A DNA stretch of 64,000 nt. Source: Macrostomum lignano. Taxonomy: Eukaryota. Below are positions 41,301-56,019 of this stretch, in pieces. Every line of letters begins with the position of its first letter. The first letter of the stretch is position 1. Below the pieces are notes generated by a model, which was not told where the DNA came from, did not search any database, and saw nothing but the letters and a program-made list of their open reading frames with translations. The DNA is taken from positions 62,001-126,000 of the forward strand of contig NIVC01001474.1 in NCBI GenBank assembly GCA_002269645.1, in the 5' to 3' direction. Position numbers and translations under genes: made by a program.

Positions 41301-41589
41301 GACTGAGCTGCGGACTCAGTGGGACTCCGTGGGACTCTTTGGGACCGAGCTGGGGACTTAGTGGGACTCCTTCAGCTCTGCCTCCCCTCCAGGATGTTTC
41401 TATCATTGCATCAAAAGCTGTCACAGCTGCGAGGTGAGCAGGTGGGAATTGGCCTCAGCACAGAGGAGCAGCGGATACAATGCTGGGGGATAAAAATCGG
41501 CAGAATAAGATGGGCACAATAAAGATCGAACTGAAGCATCAATTGGAATAAACTCGGGTCTACTCCCAGTTATCCGCCAGCCATTTGCC

Positions 41590-42450
41590 AGCCAGGCATT
41601 TGAGAGCCACTGCGGGACCTACTGAAGGCCAAGAATTACTTCATCTGGATTCAGCAGCATGATGAAGCGTTCCGGGAGATGACAAGGGAGCTGAGCAGTG
41701 TCCCTAAGATGACCTTTTATGATCAACTTCTTATCTACCTCTCTTATCTGCATTGCACTCGGATGCTTCCAGACCAAGCTGTCTGGACCGCTTTACCCTG
41801 AAGCAGAACCAGAGCGAGTGTCCAAGCCGGCTCAAGATTCGTTTTGGAGGCCGAGCGTCGTTAAGCAACGATCGAGCTTCAACTGCTGTCCGTTTCTTAG
41901 ACAGTGAAAGAGAAGTCGTCTTTTTCTCGAAAGATTGAAACACTTCGAAATAGTAGTCGAACACAGACCGCTGGAGCCGATCTCAAATAAGCACTCTTAG
42001 GACGAGATCGACAACCCAAGGTTGCAGCGACTGTCCTGAAGCCCTACTAGAGCTTGCGTAAGAAGCTCAATGTTGAAGAACTAATACTGGTTGGAAAGAG
42101 ATTATTGATACCGGGAGAGATGAGACGAGAGGTGCTCGAACACCTGCCAAGTATGCCCCATGGCAACGCCATTGAGAATGTAGCAAAGCACTGAGTAATA
42201 TGCCAGGAGAATTCCTTCCGAATGAGCAAAGGAATCATCTTTAGGCCAGATCGACAATCCAAGGTTACAACTACTGTCTCTGAGGCCATTATCTGAGGCC
42301 ACGTTGAGAAGTTAGCAAAGCACTGTGTAAGATGCCAGGAGGACCTTCCAAGTCAGCATAAAAAGCCAATGCAAAGGAGAGAAGAACCTGATAGAGTGTT
42401 CCAGCAGCTACGCATTGATCTGCACGAATTTTGAAGGAAAATTTTCTGGT
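41590..42450 (+). mobile_element. Ty3/gypsy pol relic (paralog)
   Basis: Same PLRDLLKAKN..W and LILVGKRLLIPGEMRREVLEHL segments as 3150-3830 and 38730-39100. Confidence 0.8.
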
Positions 42451-43139
42451 GACTACTGACTCCTATCTGCCTCCTTGACTCCTCTCTGCCTCCTTGACTC
42501 CTCTCTGCCTCCCTGAATCCCTGACTGAGGACTTTGAGATTCTTTGGGAATGAGCTTCGGACTACATGGGACTCTTTAGGAGGAGCAGTGCATGCAGTGC
42601 TGGGAAATAAAGATGAGCAGCCTCAGCACCATCGAACTGAAGCGTCAGTTGGAATGAACTTGGGTCTACCAGTTTGCCAGTCAGACAGTTGCAGCCAGAC
42701 ATGAATTACGCAGCCTCACAACTCACAAACAAGGCACACATGGGAGAACAGCTCAGCGTACAAGTGCAGTGCAAGCTAAAGTTATGAAACTACATGAAAA
42801 TTCAATTGGTGACCAACTTATACATCGGCTTTTATCCTGATATACATCACTTGTGTGCACCTGAAGAAGTCGCAAATTCAAATTGGGTTGGAAATGTCAT
42901 GCAACAGTCAGACAGTCAGGTTAGTCAGACATCAGTTTTAATGCAAAAAGTCCGGCTGGCAAATGGCTGCTTGGCTAACAGAAATCTCCTAAATTCGCTG
43001 CAAATTTGACATCAGCTCAATGATAGAAAAATAATAATAAGTAAAAAATCCATCAAATTGCTCGATCTCAAAGTAGATAATGACGCCAAGGCCATGAAGG
43101 CAGCAACCCATCGGTCCAACGGGAGCTGCATCTGGCACT

Positions 43140-45507
<2,368 letters not shown>

Positions 45508-45825
45508 TTTATACCCCAGAGAGTGGCATGGAAAATCTGATCAAGCTTGAATTCTCAAAAGGCTCATGAAGGACATCCTACGCGCCAGATTTTTGTATTT
45601 CATCATCATCTAGCAGCCGAGTGATCTTCAAATCTCACCGTTCGAAATGGCGACTTCAAAATGCCAGGTACCTGAAGGTCCATACAGACACCTGACTAAT
45701 GGATATGCAGGGACACTAGATTGATTAAAATGCTGGTCACAAGTATAAAGAACCAAGTTTCACCGACCACAAAACCTGCAGCAGTATTTCACACCCCTAT
45801 AACAAGCAGCAACTCAGCAGCGCTC

Positions 45826-46863
45826 ACCTGTCTGCAGTTTCTGCGGCCGAATTCGGTCGCTCATCGCCCGTCAGCGCACGGTGCAGAACTTGCGCAGATC
45901 GCTCACTGCCGAACTCGATGGCACGATTGAGAGCGGATTGAAGTGACTCTCGAGAGCCTTCGAGAGCGGAGGCATTGAGAAGCGACTCAACCACCTGATG
46001 GTGGTCGTTTTGAGCGGCAGTGTAGAGTGGTGACTCGCCAGTGATGAGTCGAACATTGACGTCAGCTCGTGCTCTGAGGAGCCTATCTACGAGTAGTACC
46101 TCATTGTGGCCATTTGTGATGCAATGTAGAGAGGTGACGAGCCAGTGATGAGTCGATGATTGACGTCGGCTCCTGCTTTGAGGAGTCGATCGACAACCTC
46201 ATGGTGGCCTTGCGCTGATGCAACGTAGAGAGGTGACTCGCCAGTGTTTCGTTGAAGACTGACGTCGGCTCGCGCTATGAGGAGTCGATCTACTACCTCA
46301 TGGTGGCCATTTTGTGATGCAAAGTAGAGAGGTGACTGGCCACTGTTTCGTTGAAGATTGACGTTGGCTCCTGCTCTGAGGTGTAGATCCACTATCTCAT
46401 GTTGGCCTCGCGCTGATGCAATGTAGAGAGGTGACTCGCCATTGTTTCGTGGAAGATTGACGTCGGCTTGTGCCTTGAGGAGTCTATCTACAACATCATA
46501 GTGGCCTTGCATTGATGCAATGTAGAGAGGTGACTCATCTTTGACCTTCTCTTGAAGATTGACGTCGGCTCGTGCTTGGATTAGTAAATCGACAGCCTCA
46601 CTATGGCCCAGTAGACATGCAAAAAACAATGGCGAGTATTCACCCCTGTTCTGTTTGTTAACATCGACGCTCTCTCGAATCAGCCTCACTAAGATGAAGA
46701 TTCTGCTCAATAAACATACCCACATCAGCGGTGTCAACTCATTTTCTCTCCAAGTGAGAATCATGTCGACACTCCTCCCACTGGCAATGAAGTTCTCCAC
46801 GGCTTGCAAATCGTCTGCTTCAATCGCCTGAAAGAGCTCTTCATCTGGGTCATTCCGGCGCAT
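45826..46863 (-). pseudogene. Ankyrin exon copy C (five internal repeats), one frameshift
   Basis: ATG at 46863 (MRRNDPDEELFQ); 1-bp loss in an A-run at ~46113 (may be a sequencing error); ends GCAGACAG|GTGAGC at 45828/45827. Confidence 0.8.
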
Positions 46864-47657
46864 TGCTCTAATGAAGCCAAAAAGCAATGAGTGCTAAAGA
46901 AAGTACTTTCGATACTTGGAAAGAATAAACGATATAAGCAAAACAAACAATAAACGATATTTCTCCAAGTGCATTCAGAGCGAGCTGCTGTCATTTTAAC
47001 CCCAGCGCTGAAGGCTTTTGCTGCTGAGAGCCAATCAACTTTTCCCGCTTCTCAACCTCATTCGGAAACTGCTGCCCAGTGCTGGTCAGTAGTATCCGTG
47101 GGAGCGAGCTGCTAAAATTAGAAACTGCTGGGGTAAATTCAACCGCCTGCAGCTGGAAGAGATGCGGCTACTGCGATTTGCACCTGAAAGCCCAGTCTTT
47201 CATGAGATCAAATGAATGAAGTCAGTCAAAGAGAGTTTCGAGTCTAAATCCACGCAAAGCACAGCAGACCTTTGCAGAGGGAAAAAAGTACTTTCATTGT
47301 CAGGGGAAATTACTCAGAAGACATTTGCCAAAATTATGGTGTAGTGATCAGAGGCGCCATAAAGGTGCCACACAAAGACATCGTGGCATTTCCGTCATCT
47401 CCGAACCAAGTGACCAGGGTTTCTAATGGGTTTGTATAGAATAAAACACCGCTATGGCTCTACCCGAATGTTACTCATGTGAACTTTTTATAAAATGCCG
47501 CTCACAATATTTGGGCAAAATGGCAGCAGGAGGTCTCCAAGAGGCCCGCACTGAGGCCTTCGGTTCTGCTTGTGAAGAACTTCTTTCAAATAATTTTTAT
47601 TACGGCAGTAAATAGACGTCTTCTACTGCTTGTTTGCATCTCAAAGCCAGGACTACT

Positions 47658-47671
47658 GTTGCCATGGTAAC
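47658..47671. promoter_or_regulatory. X-box-like site GTTGCCATGGTAAC, paralog C
   Basis: Identical to 10521-10534 in a region otherwise visibly diverged. Confidence 0.6.
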
Positions 47672-47914
47672 GATTAACAACTCGATTAAGAACAATTTGT
47701 TATATTGAACCAGAAGGCGGCCTCACCCAATCCTACCAACAGTAGTCTGTGATAAATGAGCATTTTATTTCAAATTTGAGTTGCGTGCCAGCGACTGCAG
47801 CATCTGAGGCTACTTAATGAGTCGAAATGACTTGAAAACTTTTGAGTCCATTCATGCACTTTTACTGCACGTGTGCACTTGATAATTAATTTAGAATACA
47901 TGTATATTGACAAG

Positions 47915-48238
47915 GTATCTGCCAGGGGATCTGTCAGTAGGGGATCTGTCAGTAGGGGATCTGTCAGTAGGGGATCTGTCAGTAGGGGATCTGTCAGTAG
48001 GGGATCTGTCAGTAGGGGATCTGTCAGTAGGGGTCTGTCAGTAGGGGATCTGTCAGTAGGGGATCTGTCAGTAGGGGATCTGTCAGTAGGGGATCTGTCA
48101 GTAGGGGATCTGTCAGTAGGGGATCTGTCAGTAGGGGATCTGCCAGTAGGGGATCTGTCAGTAGGGGATCTGTCAGTAGGGGATCTGTCAGTAGGGGATC
48201 TGTCAGTAGGGGATCTGTCAGTAGGGGATCTGTCAGTG
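47915..48238. repeat. 15-bp satellite GTCAGTAGGGGATCT
   Basis: About 21 units. Confidence 0.95.
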
Positions 48239-49169
48239 GATCAGTTCCGACTCTCTGCAGACATTCCGCACCTCTTATGCTTAAAGTTTATCAAGATTAA
48301 GCTGAGCCAGACATGATACACATTTATTTTATCTCTCCCTGCCCCAGTCCCATTATCCGCAGAAGCAGCTCTGGACAAAGTCTGACCCAGTTGCCGATTG
48401 GCAAGAGTAACAAACAACTCTCTCTCTCTTCTCACGCTGCAGAACCGCACCACGTCGAACACGAGATGGAGGAGAGACAGGGGTTGATGGCGCACCCAGT
48501 CTCAGGCCTAATGGAGCAGCTCTGCAGTTGCTGTATAAACTGCATTAATGATTTAATGAGCCACATTTTTAGTACTTTTCGAGTGGTTGACAGCCTCGCA
48601 TTAACAATGGAAGCTGCAATAGTAACCGCTGCATTAGCAGGAGCAATTAAAATCAAGCATCAGTGAGCAGCTCAGAGCCGCAGGGGCCACTCATACGCAG
48701 TTTTGAATTGAAGTTTTCTTAGAACAGCCGCTCGAAGCCACTGGGTGCTTCATCTCTCTGCCTCAACTGTCAGAGGCTCTCATTGTCCCCAGCATATATT
48801 GTGAATTCTACCTTATTAATCTTTTTTTCATAAAGATTGAGAATAATTGAATCTTTTTTCTCCATCAACAACATTTCTTACCTTTCCAGTGTTTGCATAT
48901 TTGTTAGATATTTGTATTTAATCATGAAAGATTGCTTGGATGGCCATATTCTGACAGGCTTTTGACCGATGCTGGCGCCGGAAACCAATCTGGGGGTGTG
49001 ACGTTTTGAGGGCTATGACCCAGAGATGCGCTCTCTGACTTCTCACCCCTTTTTGGCCACAGCGTGGCTGGCGGGTGAAGTGATTTTTCTGTTGTTGCAG
49101 ATGCCATTGAAATGCAGAGCATCAAATATCAGTGTCAAAAATCCCTTCTGGCTAACAGAATTCAACTCT

Positions 49170-49800
49170 GTCTATATCAACACACTTCTGTCTGCATAAA
49201 CACACTTCTGTCTGCATAAACACACTTCTGTCTGCATAAACACATTTCTGTCTGTATAAACACGCTTCTTTGTGCATAAACACACTTCTGTCTGCATAAA
49301 CACACTTTTGTCTGCATAAACACTTTTTTGTCTGTATAAACACGTTTCTGTCTGCATAAACACATTTCTGTCTGTATAAACACATTTCCGTCTGTATAAA
49401 CACATTTCCGTCTGTATAAACACATTTCTGTCTGCATAAACACACTTCTGTCTGTATAAACACATTTCTGTCGGCATAAACACAATTCTGTCTGTATAAA
49501 CACATTTCTGTCGGCATAAACACACTTCTGTCTGTATAAACACATTTCTGTCGGCATAAAAACACTTCTGTTTGCATAAACACAATTCTGTCTACATAAA
49601 CACACTTCTGTCTGCATAAACACTTTTTTGTCTGTATAAACACATTTCTGTCGGCATAAACACACTTCTGTTTGCATAAACACATTTCTGTCGGCATAAA
49701 CACACTTCTGTTTGCATAAACACAATTCTGTCTACATAGACACACTTCTGCCTGCATAAACACACGTCTGCATATCACACATCTAGATACTCGTAAACAC
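49170..49800. repeat. 20-bp minisatellite
   Basis: CACACTTCTGTCTGCATAAA and variants, ~30 units. Confidence 0.93.
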
Positions 49801-51791
49801 GGTTCTGTCTACATAACACACTTCGGATATGTTACTAGGTCATATGTCAGTGTTACAGATCTTACTTTGAGCAGATATTCTACATCAATCAGGTCTGAGT
49901 CTCTGCATCATTTATAAAGTTTATCAAGAATAAGCTGAGCCAGACATACAAGCTTGTACTTGTACATTTGATCTCTCGCTGGCCCAGCCTTATTGTCCGC
50001 AGGACCAACTCTGCCCAGGCAAGAATAACAAATTATTTTCTCTTTCCTCATCATGTTGCAGCCCCGCACCGTCCAAACACGAGATGGAGGATTGGCAGGA
50101 GTTGATGACGCACCCAGTCTCAGGCTTGGGGCATTGCTGTAGCAATTATTGAATGGGCAAAAAGTTTTTAGAGCTTTTTGAGTGTCGACAGCCCCACATT
50201 AACAATGGAAGCTGCAATTCAACAGCAAGAGCAACTAAAACCCAGCATTACTGAGCAGCACAGAGCCGCAGAGGCCACTCATACGCAGCTCTGAGCTGTT
50301 TCGGTTCGCTGATTTTGTTGAATTGAAGTTGTCTCTGAGCGGGAGCTCGAAGCCACTGGAAAAGTGCTCAACACCGGAGCGGAAAAAACAATAGCCTTCT
50401 ACTTGTCTCGACCCCAGCTATCCAAACAGCCGACCTCATAGAATAACGAAGCTGGAGTTTTAGGCTAAGGCTGTGAGTTTTGAGATGTAAGCCAGCAGTG
50501 TGTTTTAAGAGTCTTTCTGACACGCAAGCAAAAGATAACGAGAAAATAAAACCGGTTACTCGCTCATCTCTCAAGGCCTGTCATTGTCCCAGATTATTGT
50601 GAATTCTGTCCTATGAAGCAGCATTTCTTATCTGTCCAGAGTGTTTGCACAGTCGTTTGTTTTTTGCACTTAATCAAAAAATATTGCTTGCTGGTTTGCT
50701 GCATTTGGTAGGTGCTATTAATATTATGTAGGCAATCGAAGTTCAGTGTCGGCAAATCACTAATGACCAAATCACCATTACGGTTTATAGTTTCTTTTTT
50801 TCATTTTTCAATTATTTTTCAATTTTATTTTTCAAAAATTATACTTTGTATCTATCTTTACTAACTAAAGTAAAAAGAGTGTTATTAGCACTTAGGAAAT
50901 TCGATTTTGTTAAAATGTGTACTCGGCAGTCACATTACATAAAAGTAAAAGTTACAGCATTACAGGTCCCTGTTTGATCATTCTGTTGCAGTCATGCAGA
51001 CATTTTGGAAACAAATTGGTATTTTCATGACAGCAGGCCTTTACTGCTCTGGAGTATTGTTTGGTAAACTTCAGTCTACAATGCAGCTTAAATCTGCAGG
51101 AAGAGAAAGGGAATTCACTGAATGCTTCCAGTTAACGGCAAGCAGTCTTAATGGTTTGTGTTTCAAACTGGACACCTAATTAAGAAATTCAAATACATTT
51201 GATGATTTCCGACTGTTTGTATAGTTCGTTCTTGGTCTGATTGGAGTCAGTTATTAACGAGTTCGACTATGATTTTTCTGACTATGATCAGACCATAATG
51301 ATGTTAAAACAAGCGAATACAAGGTGGTAAGCAAACTGTGGACAGAGTACGAAGCAGTTAAAGGGTCATGGTATAGTTATCGATAATTTGAGTCGTCTGT
51401 CGTCAAAGGCTAATGCCTGCGGTAGTCTGAGAGTTGAGTCTAAGGTTTGGTCAATTGCAATGCTAGAGAGTAGGAAGAGGGCCGGTCTGAAGACTGCTTC
51501 TTACTTCGTTTGTTAAAAATACAGCGCGATGTTAGTCTGCTATTGGTAGCCTGCGTTGAGCAAATCATCTCAGATGGATAGGACGGCATTGATGGAGTTC
51601 GCACAAAAACGCACACAATGGAAATGGCTATACATTTTTAAAAGGCAGAGTTGCCAAGTACATGTACCTTATTATAAGGCTGTTATTTTACGAGTAATAA
51701 TTTATCTTGGGCTTCGTTTAAGCTTAAAGAATAAGAAAATTTTTGAACGATAGCCTGAGCTACCACGACGCAATCTGCACCAGCTTCGGTC

Positions 51792-53657
51792 ATGGCAAGC
51801 GATACAATACTCCTGTTTGAAACAGCGACTAGCAAAAGAGGTTACTATGGAAGCAATTCGACTCAAGCTGGAACTCGTACAGGTAATTCGAATGAAGCTG
51901 GAGGTGCAGAAGTTAATTCGAATGAAGCTGGAGGTGCAGAAGTTAATTCGACTGAAATTGAAATTCATCCAGCATTTTCCATGAAGTTCTGCAACTTGCT
52001 GCCAATCGAATACACTGTGATCTTGTCGATTTTGAGTTTAGCTTTAACCTTAAATGACAGCCAACTGCAGAGAGGTAACGAGAAGTGCGCTGACTTCAAG
52101 CCTTTGCCGTCGAAAATTTGTAGTTCAACCTTATTGTTTTGTGCTGTGTTCTCGCTCATTGGGTTGCTTTTGTATGCTTATTGTAGCAAAAAGAAGCTTG
52201 TCAATGCCAAAGTGTCAGATAAAGATGGCAAAAAACGGTCGTTTAAAAAAGTCTCAGCCTGGATTCCTGTGCTGGAAAAGCACGCTTCCGTGCCTTCTAC
52301 ATTCCTGCTGATCGCCTGCTTTTTGCTAGGCCTGGTCTTCGCTATTGGAAACGCCTTAAAATCTATTGACGGTATTTTCCAGCTCACAAGCGATGAAAAC
52401 GATAGTAACCACTGCTCGGATCCAAATTTCTGGTGGCACTTTGACAAGTTTGTGATTCCATGCCTAAAAGTCGCGTTTACAATACTCCAAACCCTATTCT
52501 TTGCATTTCATGGCAACCAAAGTCCGAATACGAGCCGTGGTTTCTCAATTTTATTCTCCTTTCTAATGGCCCATTTAATCGCCACCAACTTGTCGTCTTG
52601 GTTCTCAAGAGTTAACTCTGAAGTTCTGGAACAGCTCAATAATCATAATCATTCAGAAAGCAACAATTCTGGTATAAGCAAATTTCTGCCCTATATTTTT
52701 CCATTCAGCGCTGAATATTCCCCTCTCTGCGCCATTTTCGCCCTGTTCTGGTGGATCAACATCGGGCATTTGGCTAAACTGTTGCGCGAGCATCCTGCTG
52801 TGAAAAATGAAGAAGATCTGCAGAATTTGCTGAAAGAAAGCTCGCACGATCTGGCTCTTTGTCGGACCTTCTTGAAACTTCTTGGCCTGATCCTACTGAC
52901 AGCTTTTACCATATTTTCCTCCATATTTTTTTTCTTGAATCTTAACCGAATGTATCAATATACGATATTCTACTTCGTTATGATGTGCCTCCACTTTGTC
53001 AATGCAATCGCTTTGATTTGTTTCTTTCGGTTTGGCCGTCAAAATCAGAACTCCACTGGTCAGCAGTTTCACAGACGCTACGGAGTCGACGTTGCTCTGT
53101 TGTGGATAGCTGCAGTATTTGACACAGCTAACAATACATTTTTACTTGCATACAACTTTTACAACATTATCGATCCCTCGCGAGTTCAGTTCGATGGTAA
53201 AGCCGCCAAAAACTCCGTTCCATTTGCTGTGGCTTTCGTAGACCTGATAATTGGTATAGTGGACACCTGGTTGCAAGTAAAAGTATTGACTCTGGCGTTC
53301 AACTGGACATTCCGCGCCAATTCAACAACGATCGATAGGTTAAAACAGTGCTCTTGCGTAATAATGGCGATAAACTTAATAGAGTGGTTGATGTTCACTA
53401 TTCGCAGCTCCCAAATGATTGTCGACACAGAATCTCTCAAGATTGGGATCCCATCGATAACGCTAATTGTGTCAATCATTTGCTTGCCGCTCTCGATATT
53501 TTACAGATTCCACAGTGTCGGCTGCTTAGAAGAGATCAGAGGACACCTGGAAAAAGTAGAATTGACGCCAGATAATACGATCTACATCGAAATGGTTCCA
53601 CTGCGGCCTGCTGAGACCAGGCCTGCTGAGACACCGCCTGCTGAGACCGCCTGCTGA
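51792..53657 (+). CDS. Otopetrin-family proton channel, copy D, intronless, 621 aa
   Basis: HLIATNLSSW, PYIFPFSAEYS, AINLIEW, IFYRFHSVGCLEEI; ~12 hydrophobic segments; clear paralog of 32982-35114. Confidence 0.88.
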   Translation: MASDTILLFETATSKRGYYGSNSTQAGTRTGNSNEAGGAEVNSNEAGGAEVNSTEIEIHPAFSMKFCNLLPIEYTVILSILSLALTLNDSQLQRGNEKCADFKPLPSKICSSTLLFCAVFSLIGLLLYAYCSKKKLVNAKVSDKDGKKRSFKKVSAWIPVLEKHASVPSTFLLIACFLLGLVFAIGNALKSIDGIFQLTSDENDSNHCSDPNFWWHFDKFVIPCLKVAFTILQTLFFAFHGNQSPNTSRGFSILFSFLMAHLIATNLSSWFSRVNSEVLEQLNNHNHSESNNSGISKFLPYIFPFSAEYSPLCAIFALFWWINIGHLAKLLREHPAVKNEEDLQNLLKESSHDLALCRTFLKLLGLILLTAFTIFSSIFFFLNLNRMYQYTIFYFVMMCLHFVNAIALICFFRFGRQNQNSTGQQFHRRYGVDVALLWIAAVFDTANNTFLLAYNFYNIIDPSRVQFDGKAAKNSVPFAVAFVDLIIGIVDTWLQVKVLTLAFNWTFRANSTTIDRLKQCSCVIMAINLIEWLMFTIRSSQMIVDTESLKIGIPSITLIVSIICLPLSIFYRFHSVGCLEEIRGHLEKVELTPDNTIYIEMVPLRPAETRPAETPPAETAC

Positions 53658-54037
53658 GACACCGCCTGCTGAGACACCCCCTGCTGAGACACTGCCTGCT
53701 GAGACGCCTGCTGAGACCAGCCTGCTGAGGCACTGCCTGCTGAGACGCCTGCTGAGACACCGCCTGCTGAGACACCCCCTGCTGAGACACTGCCTGCTGA
53801 GACGCCTGCTGAGGCACTTCCTGCTGAGACGCCTGCTGAGACCAGCCTGCTGAGGCACTGCCTGCTGAGACGCCTGCTGAGACACCGCCTGCTGAGACAC
53901 CCCCTGCTGAGACACTGCCTGCTGAGACGCCTGCTGAGGCACTTCCTGCTGAGACGCCTGCTGAGACCAGCCTGCTGAGGCACTGCCTGCTGAGACGCCT
54001 GCTGAGACCCGCCTGCTGAGGCACTGCCTGCTGAGAC
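53605..54037. repeat. Complex GCCTGCTGAGAC minisatellite spanning the otopetrin-D stop codon
   Basis: 12-15 bp variants of CCTGCTGAGAC/GCAC; first units encode PAET. Confidence 0.9.
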
Positions 54038-54077
54038 ATTTATCGACTTACATACATAGGTATGTAAGTCGATAAAT
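54038..54077. other. Perfect 18-bp-stem hairpin
   Basis: ATTTATCGACTTACATAC-ATAG-GTATGTAAGTCGATAAAT. Confidence 0.9.
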
Positions 54078-54609
54078 CAATAAGTAGGCAGCTGTGCGCA
54101 GGCAACTGTCGTGCTACCATTAACTTTGCTACGATATTATTTTAAATGGGATTTTTTTATAATTTCTCAACTGTATCGAACACTTTTGTCCTGAAATTTC
54201 GTTACACTTTGACTTTTTTGTTCGACACCTCTTCTATTTGTGCTTATTTCAAATTTGACTATACATGTATATACTCGTATATACATTTGAGGCTTGCCAT
54301 GATACATTAAAATGTGGTAATCAAAAATAATTTTATTCATTATTGTCAATTGATCTGTGACCCAATTACCGTATGCGCCTTGCGTCAAATCGAATAGTTA
54401 AGTAATTAAAATAAACCTTACCTTCATTTTCACTTCGGACTCTGCGCTGTCTATGGCACATTCACTCGCTTGCACTGGGGCAGCCCCCAAAGCGTTTGCA
54501 CTATTGTGTAATTTTGCAAGCTAAAGTAAGTTAAAAACCCTGAATTAAAATCCTGGATAATTCTGGCCGCGCTGGCCAGAACAAAGGAACAAGGTTGAAA
54601 CGGCCATAA

Positions 54610-55671
54610 ATGGCGAGAGTGCTGCAGAACGTCGACCTGAAAGACCTGGCCAACCGGTTGCTCACATTTGACACTGAGGATGTTGAGAATCACGTGCCGC
54701 TCACTGCGGCTGAGTGCCTGTCAGTGTGCCACATGGCCATGGAGGCAATGAGATCCACAGACATCTGCATCCACATCAAGACGCCAATCAACATTGTGGG
54801 CGACTTGCACGGCCAGTTCCACGATCTGCTTCGAATATTCGACGCTCTTGGCCAGCCGCCCGAGTCACGCTTTCTGTTCCTCGGCGACTACATCGACCGA
54901 GGCAAGTACTCGCTCGAGGTGATGACGCTGCTGTTTGTGCTGATGCTGCTGTACCCGAACTCGGTGTACCTGCTGCGAGGCAACCACGAGACGGCCAACA
55001 TCTGCTGCAGGTACGGATTCAAAGACGAAATCGGCCAACGAATGGTGCGAATTCAGGCGCACAAAGTGCTTGGCGGATTCGTCAGGACCTTCCAGTGGAT
55101 GCCGATGTGCGCAATCATTGATGGCCAGATCTTCTGCTGTCACGGTGGCATCTCGCCAAACTTCATGCTGCAACCATTTAACCTTCGAGGCGGGCAGCAG
55201 GCCAATGTCCAGGCGTTGAACGAGTGCAAGAAGCCGGTGGAACCGGTCAGGCCCGGCATCCTGTGCGACATCATGTGGTCGGACCCAATTGGCACCGCGT
55301 TCAGCGCCCAGTTCAGCCAGAGCAGCGAGACTCTGACTGAGGCCAAGTGGCTGCCAAACAAGCGTGGCTGTTCGTTCTCATTCTCTGGCCAAGCTCTAGA
55401 AGAGGTGATGCGGCTGTTCCAGACTCAGATGCTGATCAGAGGCCATCAGGTGGCTATGAACGGCTATCAGTCACAGTTGAACAGACGCTGCGTCACCGTG
55501 TTCAGCGCGCCTGGCTACTGCGGCGTCTACAACAATATCAGCAGCATACTGCAGATCGAGCGGCTGAACGATGATAGCAAATCCCCTGGCAGTTTTTTCC
55601 TGCTGCGACCGATGCAAAGAGACCCGTCTGCGCTGGCAAACCTGTTCTGGAACGAGCTGCGCGACATCTAA
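54610..55671 (+). CDS. PPP-family Ser/Thr phosphatase, divergent PP1-like, intronless, 353 aa
   Basis: All catalytic motifs present: GDLHG, GDYIDRG, GNHE, HGG, WSDP, RGHQ, plus SAPGYCG (PP1 SAPNYC loop). Confidence 0.93.
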   Translation: MARVLQNVDLKDLANRLLTFDTEDVENHVPLTAAECLSVCHMAMEAMRSTDICIHIKTPINIVGDLHGQFHDLLRIFDALGQPPESRFLFLGDYIDRGKYSLEVMTLLFVLMLLYPNSVYLLRGNHETANICCRYGFKDEIGQRMVRIQAHKVLGGFVRTFQWMPMCAIIDGQIFCCHGGISPNFMLQPFNLRGGQQANVQALNECKKPVEPVRPGILCDIMWSDPIGTAFSAQFSQSSETLTEAKWLPNKRGCSFSFSGQALEEVMRLFQTQMLIRGHQVAMNGYQSQLNRRCVTVFSAPGYCGVYNNISSILQIERLNDDSKSPGSFFLLRPMQRDPSALANLFWNELRDI

Positions 55672-56019
55672 GAGCGACGACTCCATTTGACACGGTGAAG
55701 GAAAGTTCGGCAGCTCACCTCTGCACAGACGATAGAAAGTTATTTATTTTTTTACTAACGAAAGTTCATTTGTTTGTACTCACTTGGTGAAATAAAACTG
55801 CCTTTTTCCTAAAAATAATAAACTGCAGAATAGACTGTCGGCATTTTTTTTGCATCGCTGGGAGTTAAATGGTCTTGAAGGCGTTTGACACGAGGCTGTA
55901 GGTTGTAAAATACCGAAATATGCGAATAATATACCGTGTGATTTACATTGTAAGACGGCAACGGTTAGAACACGTTGCTTTTAATCTGCCCTTCTTGTGA
56001 TGACACTTCCAGCTGATAC

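Noticed and set aside
53175-53195. RVQF in otopetrin D as a PP1-docking RVxF motif
   Set aside because: It lies in the TM9-TM10 loop, expected to be extracellular in otopetrin topology, and the paralogs have TQVNF.
54038-54095. Helitron 3' end at the hairpin
   Set aside because: No CTRR terminus at the expected distance downstream and no matching 5' TC end identified.
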